Shown here in pieces: positions 15,999 through 23,310 of a DNA stretch of 33,844 nucleotides. Origin of the DNA: Schleiferiaceae bacterium (GTDB lineage: Bacteria > Bacteroidota > Bacteroidia > Flavobacteriales > Schleiferiaceae); NCBI GenBank assembly GCA_023260615.1, contig JALQUY010000001.1:24369-58212 (forward strand), given 5' to 3'. A program made the translations under genes and the position numbers. The notes under the pieces are model-generated. The model worked only from the letters and a program-made list of their open reading frames with translations. It did no database searches and was not told the origin of the DNA. Numbering within the stretch: position 1 is the first letter of the stretch; each line of letters starts with the position of its first letter.

Positions 15999-16015
15999 GG
16001 CCGGGGGTTTTCCCG

Positions 16016-16023
16016 TAATTTTG
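16016..16023 (+). promoter_or_regulatory. -7 box TAATTTTG (perfect TAnnTTTG) for alaS
   Basis: Lies 23 nt upstream of the alaS ATG. No clear -33 element. Confidence 0.45.
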
Positions 16024-16031
16024 GAGTCCCT

Positions 16032-16039
16032 CAAAAGTA
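16032..16039 (-). promoter_or_regulatory. -7 box TACTTTTG (perfect TAnnTTTG) for the M23-led minus-strand array
   Basis: The reverse complement of 16032-16039 is TACTTTTG, 33 nt upstream of the M23 ATG. Confidence 0.45.
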
Positions 16040-16046
16040 GGCAATC

Positions 16047-18656
16047 ATGACTTCCTCGGAAATTCGTACCACCTTTTTGGACTTCTTTGCTTCCAAAGGC
16101 CATGCCATCGTACCCTCGGCGCCCCTCGTAATCAAGGATGATCCCACTTTGATGTTCACCAATGCGGGCATGAATCCGTTCAAGGATGTCTTTATTGGTG
16201 CGCGACCGGCGCAGCATCCCCGAATTGCGGACACGCAGAAATGTTTGCGCGTCAGCGGCAAGCACAACGACTTGGAAGAGGTAGGGATTGACACCTACCA
16301 CCACACGTTGTTTGAGATGTTGGGCAACTGGAGCTTTGGCGACTACTTCAAGCAGGAAGCCATTGACTGGGCCTGGGAGCTTTTGACCGAGGTCTACGGG
16401 CTGAACCCTGAGCAACTCTACGTAACGGTCTTTGGCGGCGACGCAGGCGACGGTTTGGCCGCCGACGAGGAAGCGCGAGGCATGTGGCTGAAGCACGTTG
16501 CGGCTGATCGCATCCTGAACGGCTCCAAAAAGGACAATTTTTGGGAGATGGGCGAGACGGGCCCCTGCGGGCCTTGCTCGGAAATCCACATTGATCTGCG
16601 CCCAGCATCGGAACGCGCCGCACAGCCTGGCGCCGATTTGGTGAATGCGGATCACCCTCAAGTCATCGAAATTTGGAACCTCGTCTTCATGCAGTTCCAA
16701 CGCAAGGCAGACGGCTCTTTGGTACCGCTTCCTGCGCAGCACGTGGACACGGGCATGGGCTTTGAACGCCTTGTGCGCGCCATCGAGGGCAAATCTTCTA
16801 ACTACGATACGGACGTCTTCAAGCCCTATCTGGACACCCTTACTGCTTTGAGTGGGCATGTTTACGGCCAGACCGAACGCATCGACATCGCCTTCCGCGT
16901 GATTGCGGACCATATTCGCGCGGTGGCCTTTGCCATTGCCGACGGCCAATTGCCCGCTTCAGGGGGCGCAGGCTACGTCATTCGCCGAATTTTACGCCGC
17001 GCCGTGCGCTATGGCTATTCAGACCTCGGTTTCCGCGAGCCCTTCATGACGCACTTGGTGCCTGTCATGCAAGAGGCTATGGGCGAGGCCTTCCCCGAAC
17101 TGCATCAACAAGGCGCTCTAGTCGCCCAAGTCATCGCCGAGGAGGAAAGCGCCTTCTTGCGCACCTTGGAGTCGGGGCTGAAGCGCTTGGATGTGGCGAT
17201 GGCAGAAGCCAAAGACGGCGTTGTTTCCGGCGCTCGTGCCTTTGAACTCTACGACACCTTTGGCTTCCCCTTGGACCTCACGGCCCTGATTTGCCGCGAA
17301 AACGGCTTGTCTGTGGACGAAGCGGGCTTCGGCGAGGAGATGGCCCAGCAAAAGGCTCGTTCGCGTGCCGCCTCTGCGCAAAAAGTAGGCGATTGGGTGG
17401 AGTTAGCACAAGGACAAAGCGACCGCTTTATCGGCTACACGGTATTTGGAGCAACCTGTGCGGTCTTGCGTCACCGCGAAGTAGAGACGCCAAAGGGCCG
17501 CTTGGTTCAGGTGGTCTTGGAGGGCACCCCTTTCTACCCAGAAGGGGGAGGTCAAGTAGGCGACCAAGGCTTCCTGACCTTCGGTGAGGAGCGCATTGCT
17601 GTGGTGAACACGACCAAGGAGACAGGCGTGATTTTGCACCATTTAGCTGCAGCCCCATCCACGTGGACGACTACGGTGCTTGCGGAAATCGACGTTCAGC
17701 GTCGCCGCGCATCGGCCGAAAACCATTCCGCCACCCACCTGATGCACCATGCCCTGCGCGAGGTGCTGGGGACGCACGTAGAGCAGCGCGGCTCGCTGGT
17801 TCATCCAGGCGGCTTGCGCTTTGACTTCTCCCATTTCCAAAAAATCAGCCCGGAGGAGTGGACGGCTATTGAGGCCAAGGTGCGCGCGTTGATTGCCGAA
17901 GCCTTGCCCTTGCAGGTGCACGAGAATATGTCTGTGGAGGCGGCAAAAGCCATGGGCGCCATGGCGCTTTTTGGTGAGAAGTATGGCGATTCGGTCCGAG
18001 TGATTCAATTTGGTCCCAGCATCGAACTCTGTGGCGGCACTCACGTCGAGAATACGCAGCAGCTAGGTACCTTTATTCTATTGAACGAGTCTTCGGTGGC
18101 TGCCGGTGTGCGCCGCGTGGAGGCTTTGGCCGGGGAAGCGGCCATGACCTACTTGCTCGAACAGCGTCAAGCCTATGCCGAGGTGCTCGCGGAAGCTAAA
18201 AATCCCGACGCAGCGGCCGTAATTCGCGACTTGCGTTCGGAACTGAGCGAGCTCCAAAAGAAAGTTGACGAATTAAACCGTGCCCAAGCAGGCAACCTCA
18301 AAGGCGAACTGCTGGAATCTGCTGTGCACGTGGGTCCCTACACCGTAATTGCAGCGAAAGTGGCCCTTGATGCGGCCTCGGCGAAAGATTTGGTCTTCCA
18401 ATTGAAAGATGCACATCCCGCGTCCGTGATTGCTTTGGCGATGGAAGCGGACGGCAAGGCGCAGCTCCACCTCGGGGTTGGCCAAGAGGCCCTCGCACAC
18501 GTGAATGCCGGCCAATGGGTCCGTGAACTGGGCAGCTTCATCCAAGGCGGTGGAGGCGGTCAAGCCTTCTATGCGTCTGCGGGAGGTAAGAATCCAGCAG
18601 GAATTCCCGACCTTTTGAAGGCTTTTCATGAAAAAATTGCCGCATGCGTAGCTTAA
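16047..18656 (+). CDS. alaS: Alanine--tRNA ligase
   Basis: 869 aa. FLDFFASKGH, FTNAGMNPFKDVF, the editing-domain HSATHLMHHALR and CGGTHV motifs, and a C-terminal DHHA1-like domain are all present. Confidence 0.95.
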   Translation: MTSSEIRTTFLDFFASKGHAIVPSAPLVIKDDPTLMFTNAGMNPFKDVFIGARPAQHPRIADTQKCLRVSGKHNDLEEVGIDTYHHTLFEMLGNWSFGDYFKQEAIDWAWELLTEVYGLNPEQLYVTVFGGDAGDGLAADEEARGMWLKHVAADRILNGSKKDNFWEMGETGPCGPCSEIHIDLRPASERAAQPGADLVNADHPQVIEIWNLVFMQFQRKADGSLVPLPAQHVDTGMGFERLVRAIEGKSSNYDTDVFKPYLDTLTALSGHVYGQTERIDIAFRVIADHIRAVAFAIADGQLPASGGAGYVIRRILRRAVRYGYSDLGFREPFMTHLVPVMQEAMGEAFPELHQQGALVAQVIAEEESAFLRTLESGLKRLDVAMAEAKDGVVSGARAFELYDTFGFPLDLTALICRENGLSVDEAGFGEEMAQQKARSRAASAQKVGDWVELAQGQSDRFIGYTVFGATCAVLRHREVETPKGRLVQVVLEGTPFYPEGGGQVGDQGFLTFGEERIAVVNTTKETGVILHHLAAAPSTWTTTVLAEIDVQRRRASAENHSATHLMHHALREVLGTHVEQRGSLVHPGGLRFDFSHFQKISPEEWTAIEAKVRALIAEALPLQVHENMSVEAAKAMGAMALFGEKYGDSVRVIQFGPSIELCGGTHVENTQQLGTFILLNESSVAAGVRRVEALAGEAAMTYLLEQRQAYAEVLAEAKNPDAAAVIRDLRSELSELQKKVDELNRAQAGNLKGELLESAVHVGPYTVIAAKVALDAASAKDLVFQLKDAHPASVIALAMEADGKAQLHLGVGQEALAHVNAGQWVRELGSFIQGGGGGQAFYASAGGKNPAGIPDLLKAFHEKIAACVA

Positions 18657-19300
18657 TTCTCACCGCATTGATGGCTCTGGCCTTGGGTGCACAGGCCCAG
18701 TCACAGCCTCGCTACTACACCGACAGCGATGTGCGCCAGCGCGTCGTCAACTTCAATGTCTACGGCCAACCGGGTACGGTTTTCCGTCGCATTGGAGCAG
18801 ATCTCAACGGGGTCCAGCCCGAGGTGACCGATAAATTTTTGCCCCGCTTGATGGGGGAGACGGGTTTTTCCGCGGATTTCAACCTCCGTCCGCTGTATTT
18901 GGGCGTGGGCGTGGGCCAAACCTGGGTCAACTACGGGCACCGCTTGGAAAACGGCGATGAGCAGGAGGTAAAGGCGCGCTACTGGGCGATTCCTTTGCGT
19001 GCAGGCTTGGTAACGCACTTGAGCGACGAGGTGACCCTGGAAGCCTGGCCGACCGTCACGTACCGAAAGGCCATTTCCTTTGAACACAGCACCCTGGCCA
19101 ATCCCGTCTATGTAGATCAGTTTTGGACGGCGGGATTGCAAGTGGGGTCCACGGTGGCCATCAATGAATACGTTAGCTTCTTGCTTATGGGCGTTATGGA
19201 CTATGGCTTCGGCGACTTAGAGGCCGGCGCAACGTGGCGCACCTACACGGAATTGCCTTTGTTCTTGGGCGTTCGGGCCGGTTTGCGGGTTTCCCTGTAA
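18644..19300 (+). CDS. Hypothetical secreted protein, possibly a small outer-membrane beta-barrel
   Basis: 218 aa. It has a signal peptide (MRSLILTALMALALGAQAQ) and alternating hydrophobic beta-like segments. RYWAIPLRAGL recalls the (Y/L)xxIP motif of OMP_b-brl_2/PorT-like barrels. It overlaps the alaS 3' end by 13 nt. The family assignment is weak. Confidence 0.5.
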   Translation: MRSLILTALMALALGAQAQSQPRYYTDSDVRQRVVNFNVYGQPGTVFRRIGADLNGVQPEVTDKFLPRLMGETGFSADFNLRPLYLGVGVGQTWVNYGHRLENGDEQEVKARYWAIPLRAGLVTHLSDEVTLEAWPTVTYRKAISFEHSTLANPVYVDQFWTAGLQVGSTVAINEYVSFLLMGVMDYGFGDLEAGATWRTYTELPLFLGVRAGLRVSL

Positions 19301-19310
19301 TTCCGTTGGC

Positions 19311-20576
19311 TCACAAGGCGGGGAGCAAGCGCTCCAAAGCCATTCCACGGGACCCTTTTACCCAAACATAGCTATTTGTCAGGCGGGCTTCATGAAGGGC
19401 GGCTAGGGCTGCGTCCGTGGTTTGGAACGCTCGATAGGTGGTCGGGTGAATCGTTTTTGAAAATTCCTCGCCCACGAGCCAAACGTTTTCCGCACCTTCC
19501 TCCACAAAGAGATCTACCATACGCTGGTGCTCCTCCTCGGAATAGGGCCCTAGTTCAAACAAGTCTCCCGCAATATAGTAGTGGGGGCGATCCACATGGC
19601 TGGTCGTTGCATAGCGGAACGAGGCTTCCATGCTGCTCGGGTTGGCATTGTAAGCGTCTAGAAAGACCAAATTGCGTTCCGTGCTGCGAAGTTCGCCGCG
19701 GTTGTTGGTAGGTACATACGAGGCGATTCCGGCGCAAATAGCTTCTGGCGCTAGTCCAAAGTGTTCCCCAAGGGTCCAGGCGGCTTTCAGGTTAGTCCCT
19801 TGGTAGCTGCCGCTCAAATGACTTTTGACCGAATGGGTACCGTCACTAATGTGCACGAATCCGTCGTCCTCCATCCAGGTACGTAGCTGGGCCCGGAAGG
19901 CTAAGGCGTTTGAACCTGCGTGCTGCACTTGGAGGGGGTCGTCGGGATTGACCATGATTTCGCCACCCGCGCCATGCAGGTAGCGGTAGAGTTCAGTTTT
20001 TCCCTTGATGACACCCTCAACACCCCCGAATCCTTCCAAATGCGCGCGGCCAAAATTCGTGATATAGCCCAAAGTAGGTTCGGCCATACGGCTCAAGATG
20101 TCAATTTCTCCCTGGTGGTTTGCGCCCATTTCTACAACGGCTAGTTCATGGTCCGAACGAAGTTGCAAAAGCGTGAATGGTACGCCCAAATGGTTGTTGA
20201 AGTTGCCCTTGGTCGCGTGCAGGTTGAATTTTTGGCTAAGGACAGCAGCAAAGAGCTCTTTCACCGTTGTCTTTCCATTGCTTCCTGTCAAGCCGACGAT
20301 GGGCTTCCCCCAGTGGCGTCTATGGTGTCGCGCGAGATCTTGTAATGCTTGCAGGACGCTAGGCACGAGAAAGACGCGAGGGTCAATAGGGTCCAAGCCC
20401 TCGGGTAGGTCTTCCACCACGACGGCAGAAGCTCCTTCTTTCAAGGCTTGAACGGCGAAACTATGCCCGTCAAAGCGCTCGCCTTTAAGCGCAAAAAAAA
20501 TCTGCCCAGACGCCAATGCACGGCTATCTGAGCAGATTCCTACACGCTCGTCAAAGCGTGCGTAGAGCGCTTCCAT
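19311..20576 (-). CDS. murF: UDP-N-acetylmuramoyl-tripeptide--D-alanyl-D-alanine ligase
   Basis: 421 aa. The Mur ligase P-loop GLTGSNGKTT and downstream Mur-ligase central and C-terminal motifs are present. The start shares 1 nt with the gldJ stop (TAATG). Confidence 0.9.
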   Translation of the reverse strand: MEALYARFDERVGICSDSRALASGQIFFALKGERFDGHSFAVQALKEGASAVVVEDLPEGLDPIDPRVFLVPSVLQALQDLARHHRRHWGKPIVGLTGSNGKTTVKELFAAVLSQKFNLHATKGNFNNHLGVPFTLLQLRSDHELAVVEMGANHQGEIDILSRMAEPTLGYITNFGRAHLEGFGGVEGVIKGKTELYRYLHGAGGEIMVNPDDPLQVQHAGSNALAFRAQLRTWMEDDGFVHISDGTHSVKSHLSGSYQGTNLKAAWTLGEHFGLAPEAICAGIASYVPTNNRGELRSTERNLVFLDAYNANPSSMEASFRYATTSHVDRPHYYIAGDLFELGPYSEEEHQRMVDLFVEEGAENVWLVGEEFSKTIHPTTYRAFQTTDAALAALHEARLTNSYVWVKGSRGMALERLLPAL

Positions 20577-22162
20577 TAGGGTTGGTAGCGGCGGAATTTT
20601 TCTTGTTTGGGGGCAGCGGTGCTCTTGCGGCGCTTGCTGTCCTCATTTTGGAATCCTACGCGGTCCATGGCGCAACGGAATCCGATGAAATCCGTTGACA
20701 AGTCCTGCTCCAAGTAGCGGCGCGTACCTGGAGACAACCAGTAGGCCATATCCTTCCAAGAACCGCCTTTGTAGACACGGGCGTTGTTGCCAATCATAGT
20801 GGTTTCGCCGTATTCGTACATGGGTGCATCGCCTTCAGCTACGCCGCCTTTACCGTACGAGAGGGAAGATTCCACATCCCCGTCTTGGAAATCGCGGTAG
20901 TCGGAGTACTGGTAATTGCGGCGGCCGAGGTTTTCCTCTTCGGTCACTTTGCGGACGGGCAATTGTCCAGGAAGACGCACCAAGCTGCTGTCGGTGTCGT
21001 ATTGGGGTTCGGTCAAAACAGCGAGTTCTCCGATGCCATCGTAGTTGTTGTCGAAAGTGGTGAACTCATTGCCACGGAACGGACGGTGGTCGCTCATGTC
21101 CGTACCAGACAAGGGGCGGTAGACGTCCAAAACCCATTCGGCAACGTTGCCGGCCATATCGTACAAACCAAAGTCGTTGGGAGGGTAGAAACGCACCTGC
21201 ATAGTGATGTTGGCCTGGTCGTTCAAGTAGCCACCGATACCCATGTTGTCACCAGCGCCACGGCGGTAGTTGGCCAACATGTCGCCTCGGTTTTTCTTGT
21301 CTGCATTGCGCACGCTAGAACCGTTCCAGGTGTATTTGTTGCGGTCGATGGTGCGGTTGTAGACGCGGTTGCCCACTTCAGCATAGGCGGCGTATTCCCA
21401 CTCCGCTTCTGTTGGAAGGCGGTACTTGGGAAGCAAAATGCCGTCCTCGATGCGAGCGGGGCGTCCTTCTTTGCCATAGACCTGCTGAGGAGAGATGTCC
21501 TTCAAGCCTTTTTTGTTCTGTTGGGTGTATTCGCCCTGTTTGTAGAGGTACACTTCCGTATTGAAGTTTTGGTCATCCGCTTGGGTGGCCATTACGTTCA
21601 AAATGCCCTTGTCGATGAGGATCTGCTCATTCACACGGTCCGTTCTCCAAGAGCAGTAGCGCATGGCTTGCTCCCAAGAAACGCCCACTACAGGATAGAA
21701 GTTGTAGGCTGGGTGACGGAGGTAGTTCTCTACATACGTTTCGTTGTACCCCAACTTGTCGCGCCAGACCAAGGTGTCGGGCAAGGCAGATTGGTAAATC
21801 TGGGGGTAGTAGCCGTAATCGTATACACGGCGCAACCAATACAGGTATTCGCGGTAGTCGGCGTTGGTTACTTCATTCTCATCCATGTAGAAGGATGCGA
21901 CCGTGACGCGCGCAGGCGTATTGTTCCAATCGCGCATAAAGTCTTCTTCCGAACGGCCCATGATGAACGTACCGCCTTCAATGAAGACCAAACCGGGACC
22001 GGTTTCTTGCCCCTTGTAATTGAGGTTGATTTGGAAACCACCGTTTTTCTTGTCGTTGTACGACATGCCCGTCGTATTCGACGCAGTCTTGCTACAGCTA
22101 GCAAGCAACATCGTGGCGGCCAAGGCCCCCAGTGATGTACGGAGAAGAGATTGAAGCTTCAT
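20576..22162 (-). CDS. gldJ: Gliding-motility lipoprotein GldJ (FGE-sulfatase/SUMF1-fold)
   Basis: 528 aa with lipobox LLASC. The N-terminus YNDKKNGGFQ...GPGLVFIEGGTFIMG...DWNNTP...SFYMDENEVTN closely follows my recollection of F. johnsoniae GldJ. It is followed by murF, as in Flavobacterium. Confidence 0.85.
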   Translation of the reverse strand: MKLQSLLRTSLGALAATMLLASCSKTASNTTGMSYNDKKNGGFQINLNYKGQETGPGLVFIEGGTFIMGRSEEDFMRDWNNTPARVTVASFYMDENEVTNADYREYLYWLRRVYDYGYYPQIYQSALPDTLVWRDKLGYNETYVENYLRHPAYNFYPVVGVSWEQAMRYCSWRTDRVNEQILIDKGILNVMATQADDQNFNTEVYLYKQGEYTQQNKKGLKDISPQQVYGKEGRPARIEDGILLPKYRLPTEAEWEYAAYAEVGNRVYNRTIDRNKYTWNGSSVRNADKKNRGDMLANYRRGAGDNMGIGGYLNDQANITMQVRFYPPNDFGLYDMAGNVAEWVLDVYRPLSGTDMSDHRPFRGNEFTTFDNNYDGIGELAVLTEPQYDTDSSLVRLPGQLPVRKVTEEENLGRRNYQYSDYRDFQDGDVESSLSYGKGGVAEGDAPMYEYGETTMIGNNARVYKGGSWKDMAYWLSPGTRRYLEQDLSTDFIGFRCAMDRVGFQNEDSKRRKSTAAPKQEKFRRYQP

Positions 22163-22172
22163 ACGGATTCAA

Positions 22173-23165
22173 TTAAAATTTTGGACACTTGATTTCGCTG
22201 TAGCGTGTGGCACGCGTGCGGCAAGGGAACTGGTAGGACATGGAAATTTCATGTGCGCCACCTAAGGTGTTTTTCAACGGAGAAATCGTGTAATCATACG
22301 AGTAGCCAAAGGTCCAAGGCACATCGTTGGGAGCGACTCCCAAAATGAAGACCAAAGCATCCGGGTTGGAGCTGATGGCTCCCAAGGCTTGGCGGTAGGC
22401 CATGCCTCCGGTCAAAGGACCTCGGTTGAAGGATACGCCTCCCGTCAACTGGTTTGCGCCTCCTTGACTTTGGAAGACCATGTGAGGAATCAAAAGGTTG
22501 TCCAAAGAGTTGTACAAACGCTTACGTCCAATGGGAATGGTCGCACCCATTTGGGCCGAAAGCTTCATGGGCAATTTGTTGTTGGACAAGAAAGCCTCGT
22601 TGGGCTCGGTGACGTGACTCGCCGTTACACCCATGTAGAAGTTCTCCGTAAAGCCCAACATGCCAAAGGTGAGATCCAAGTGGCTGTTAGTGGTGTTGTC
22701 TGGAGCAATTTCGTTGGTAGGCTTCACGAAACCGTAGAAGGGATCAATTTGATCAGGGAAGGTCAAGCTGTTCCAATCCAAGGCGCGCTGGCGAAACGTT
22801 CCCTGAGCGCCGAAGAGAACCGAGAAGTCACGAGTTACGGTCAAATGGTAGGAATACACGAGGGACGCCTCGGTGAGGGAAAGGGCACCGTTGGCCGCTT
22901 CGTCTTGCATGATGAGCACACCTACACCACCGTTGAGCTTGTCCACGTACTGATCAAAAGACGCAGAGTACGTTTGATAGACGCCCAAAGAGGGGTATTG
23001 GTTGCGGTAGTTGACGTTGACTTTGGGGCACTGCTTGACACCAGCGAAAGCGGGATTCAGATACAGTGGGTTGGCATAGAATTGCGTGAAATGGGGATCC
23101 TGCCCGTACACAGACGAGAGCCCTAAAACAACGAATGCTATAGTCAATAGGCGTTTCACTGCCAT
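22173..23165 (-). CDS. PorP/SprF-family type IX secretion system membrane protein
   Basis: 330 aa with a signal peptide followed by QDPHFTQFYANPLYLNPAFAG...VNYRNQYP. This is the family-defining N-terminal motif, followed by a beta-barrel-like remainder. Confidence 0.85.
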   Translation of the reverse strand: MAVKRLLTIAFVVLGLSSVYGQDPHFTQFYANPLYLNPAFAGVKQCPKVNVNYRNQYPSLGVYQTYSASFDQYVDKLNGGVGVLIMQDEAANGALSLTEASLVYSYHLTVTRDFSVLFGAQGTFRQRALDWNSLTFPDQIDPFYGFVKPTNEIAPDNTTNSHLDLTFGMLGFTENFYMGVTASHVTEPNEAFLSNNKLPMKLSAQMGATIPIGRKRLYNSLDNLLIPHMVFQSQGGANQLTGGVSFNRGPLTGGMAYRQALGAISSNPDALVFILGVAPNDVPWTFGYSYDYTISPLKNTLGGAHEISMSYQFPCRTRATRYSEIKCPKF

Positions 23166-23189
23166 GTTGGAGTACTATTTAAAGAGCCA

Positions 23190-23197
23190 CAAGTATA
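23190..23197 (-). promoter_or_regulatory. -7-like box TATACTTG (one mismatch to TAnnTTTG) for porP-like/gldJ/murF
   Basis: The reverse complement of 23190-23197 lies 24 nt upstream of the PorP-like ATG. Confidence 0.3.
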
Positions 23198-23228
23198 CGA
23201 TTTTCCGCGGTCATTCGTGAAAAAGCGT

Positions 23229-23268
23229 GCAAATTTGCCCAAACAACAAACGGGACTTTTGCCCGTTT
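23229..23268 (+). promoter_or_regulatory. Perfect 10-bp palindrome GCAAATTTGC plus hairpin AAACGGG-acttttg-CCCGTTT upstream of porU
   Basis: The palindrome is at 23229-23238. The inverted repeat at 23248-23268 has a 7-bp stem and 7-nt loop. Both contain xAxxTTTG -7-like strings (CAAATTTG, GACTTTTG). Confidence 0.4.
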
Positions 23269-23310
23269 AGGTATAGACATCACAGAAAAAATCCACCGAT
23301 TCGCATCCAA

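Noticed and set aside
15999-16949. The N-terminal 317 residues of the 642-aa track ORF, which would make a giant M23 protein.
   Set aside because: This part is antisense to the alaS 5' region and has no features. The M23 homology, TM helix and a perfect -7 box are all consistent with the internal ATG at 15998.
20885-22135. A 416-aa + strand ORF covering almost all of gldJ in antisense.
   Set aside because: It is the mirror-frame shadow of a strongly recognisable gene (GldJ). The composition is low-complexity and rich in V/A/G/R/H, with no recognisable motifs, signal peptide or promoter context. Long stop-free antisense frames are expected in GC3-rich coding DNA.
23227-23310. A GTG-initiated 28-aa extension of porU. 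Similar TTG- or GTG-initiated extensions occur at porV (26757), pdhA (28053), MerR (15028) and the MVK-like gene (10147).
   Set aside because: In each case an ATG a few codons downstream gives a canonical N-terminus (signal peptide or conserved motif) and a tidier junction with the upstream gene. The extensions are artefacts of maximal ORF calling with alternative starts.
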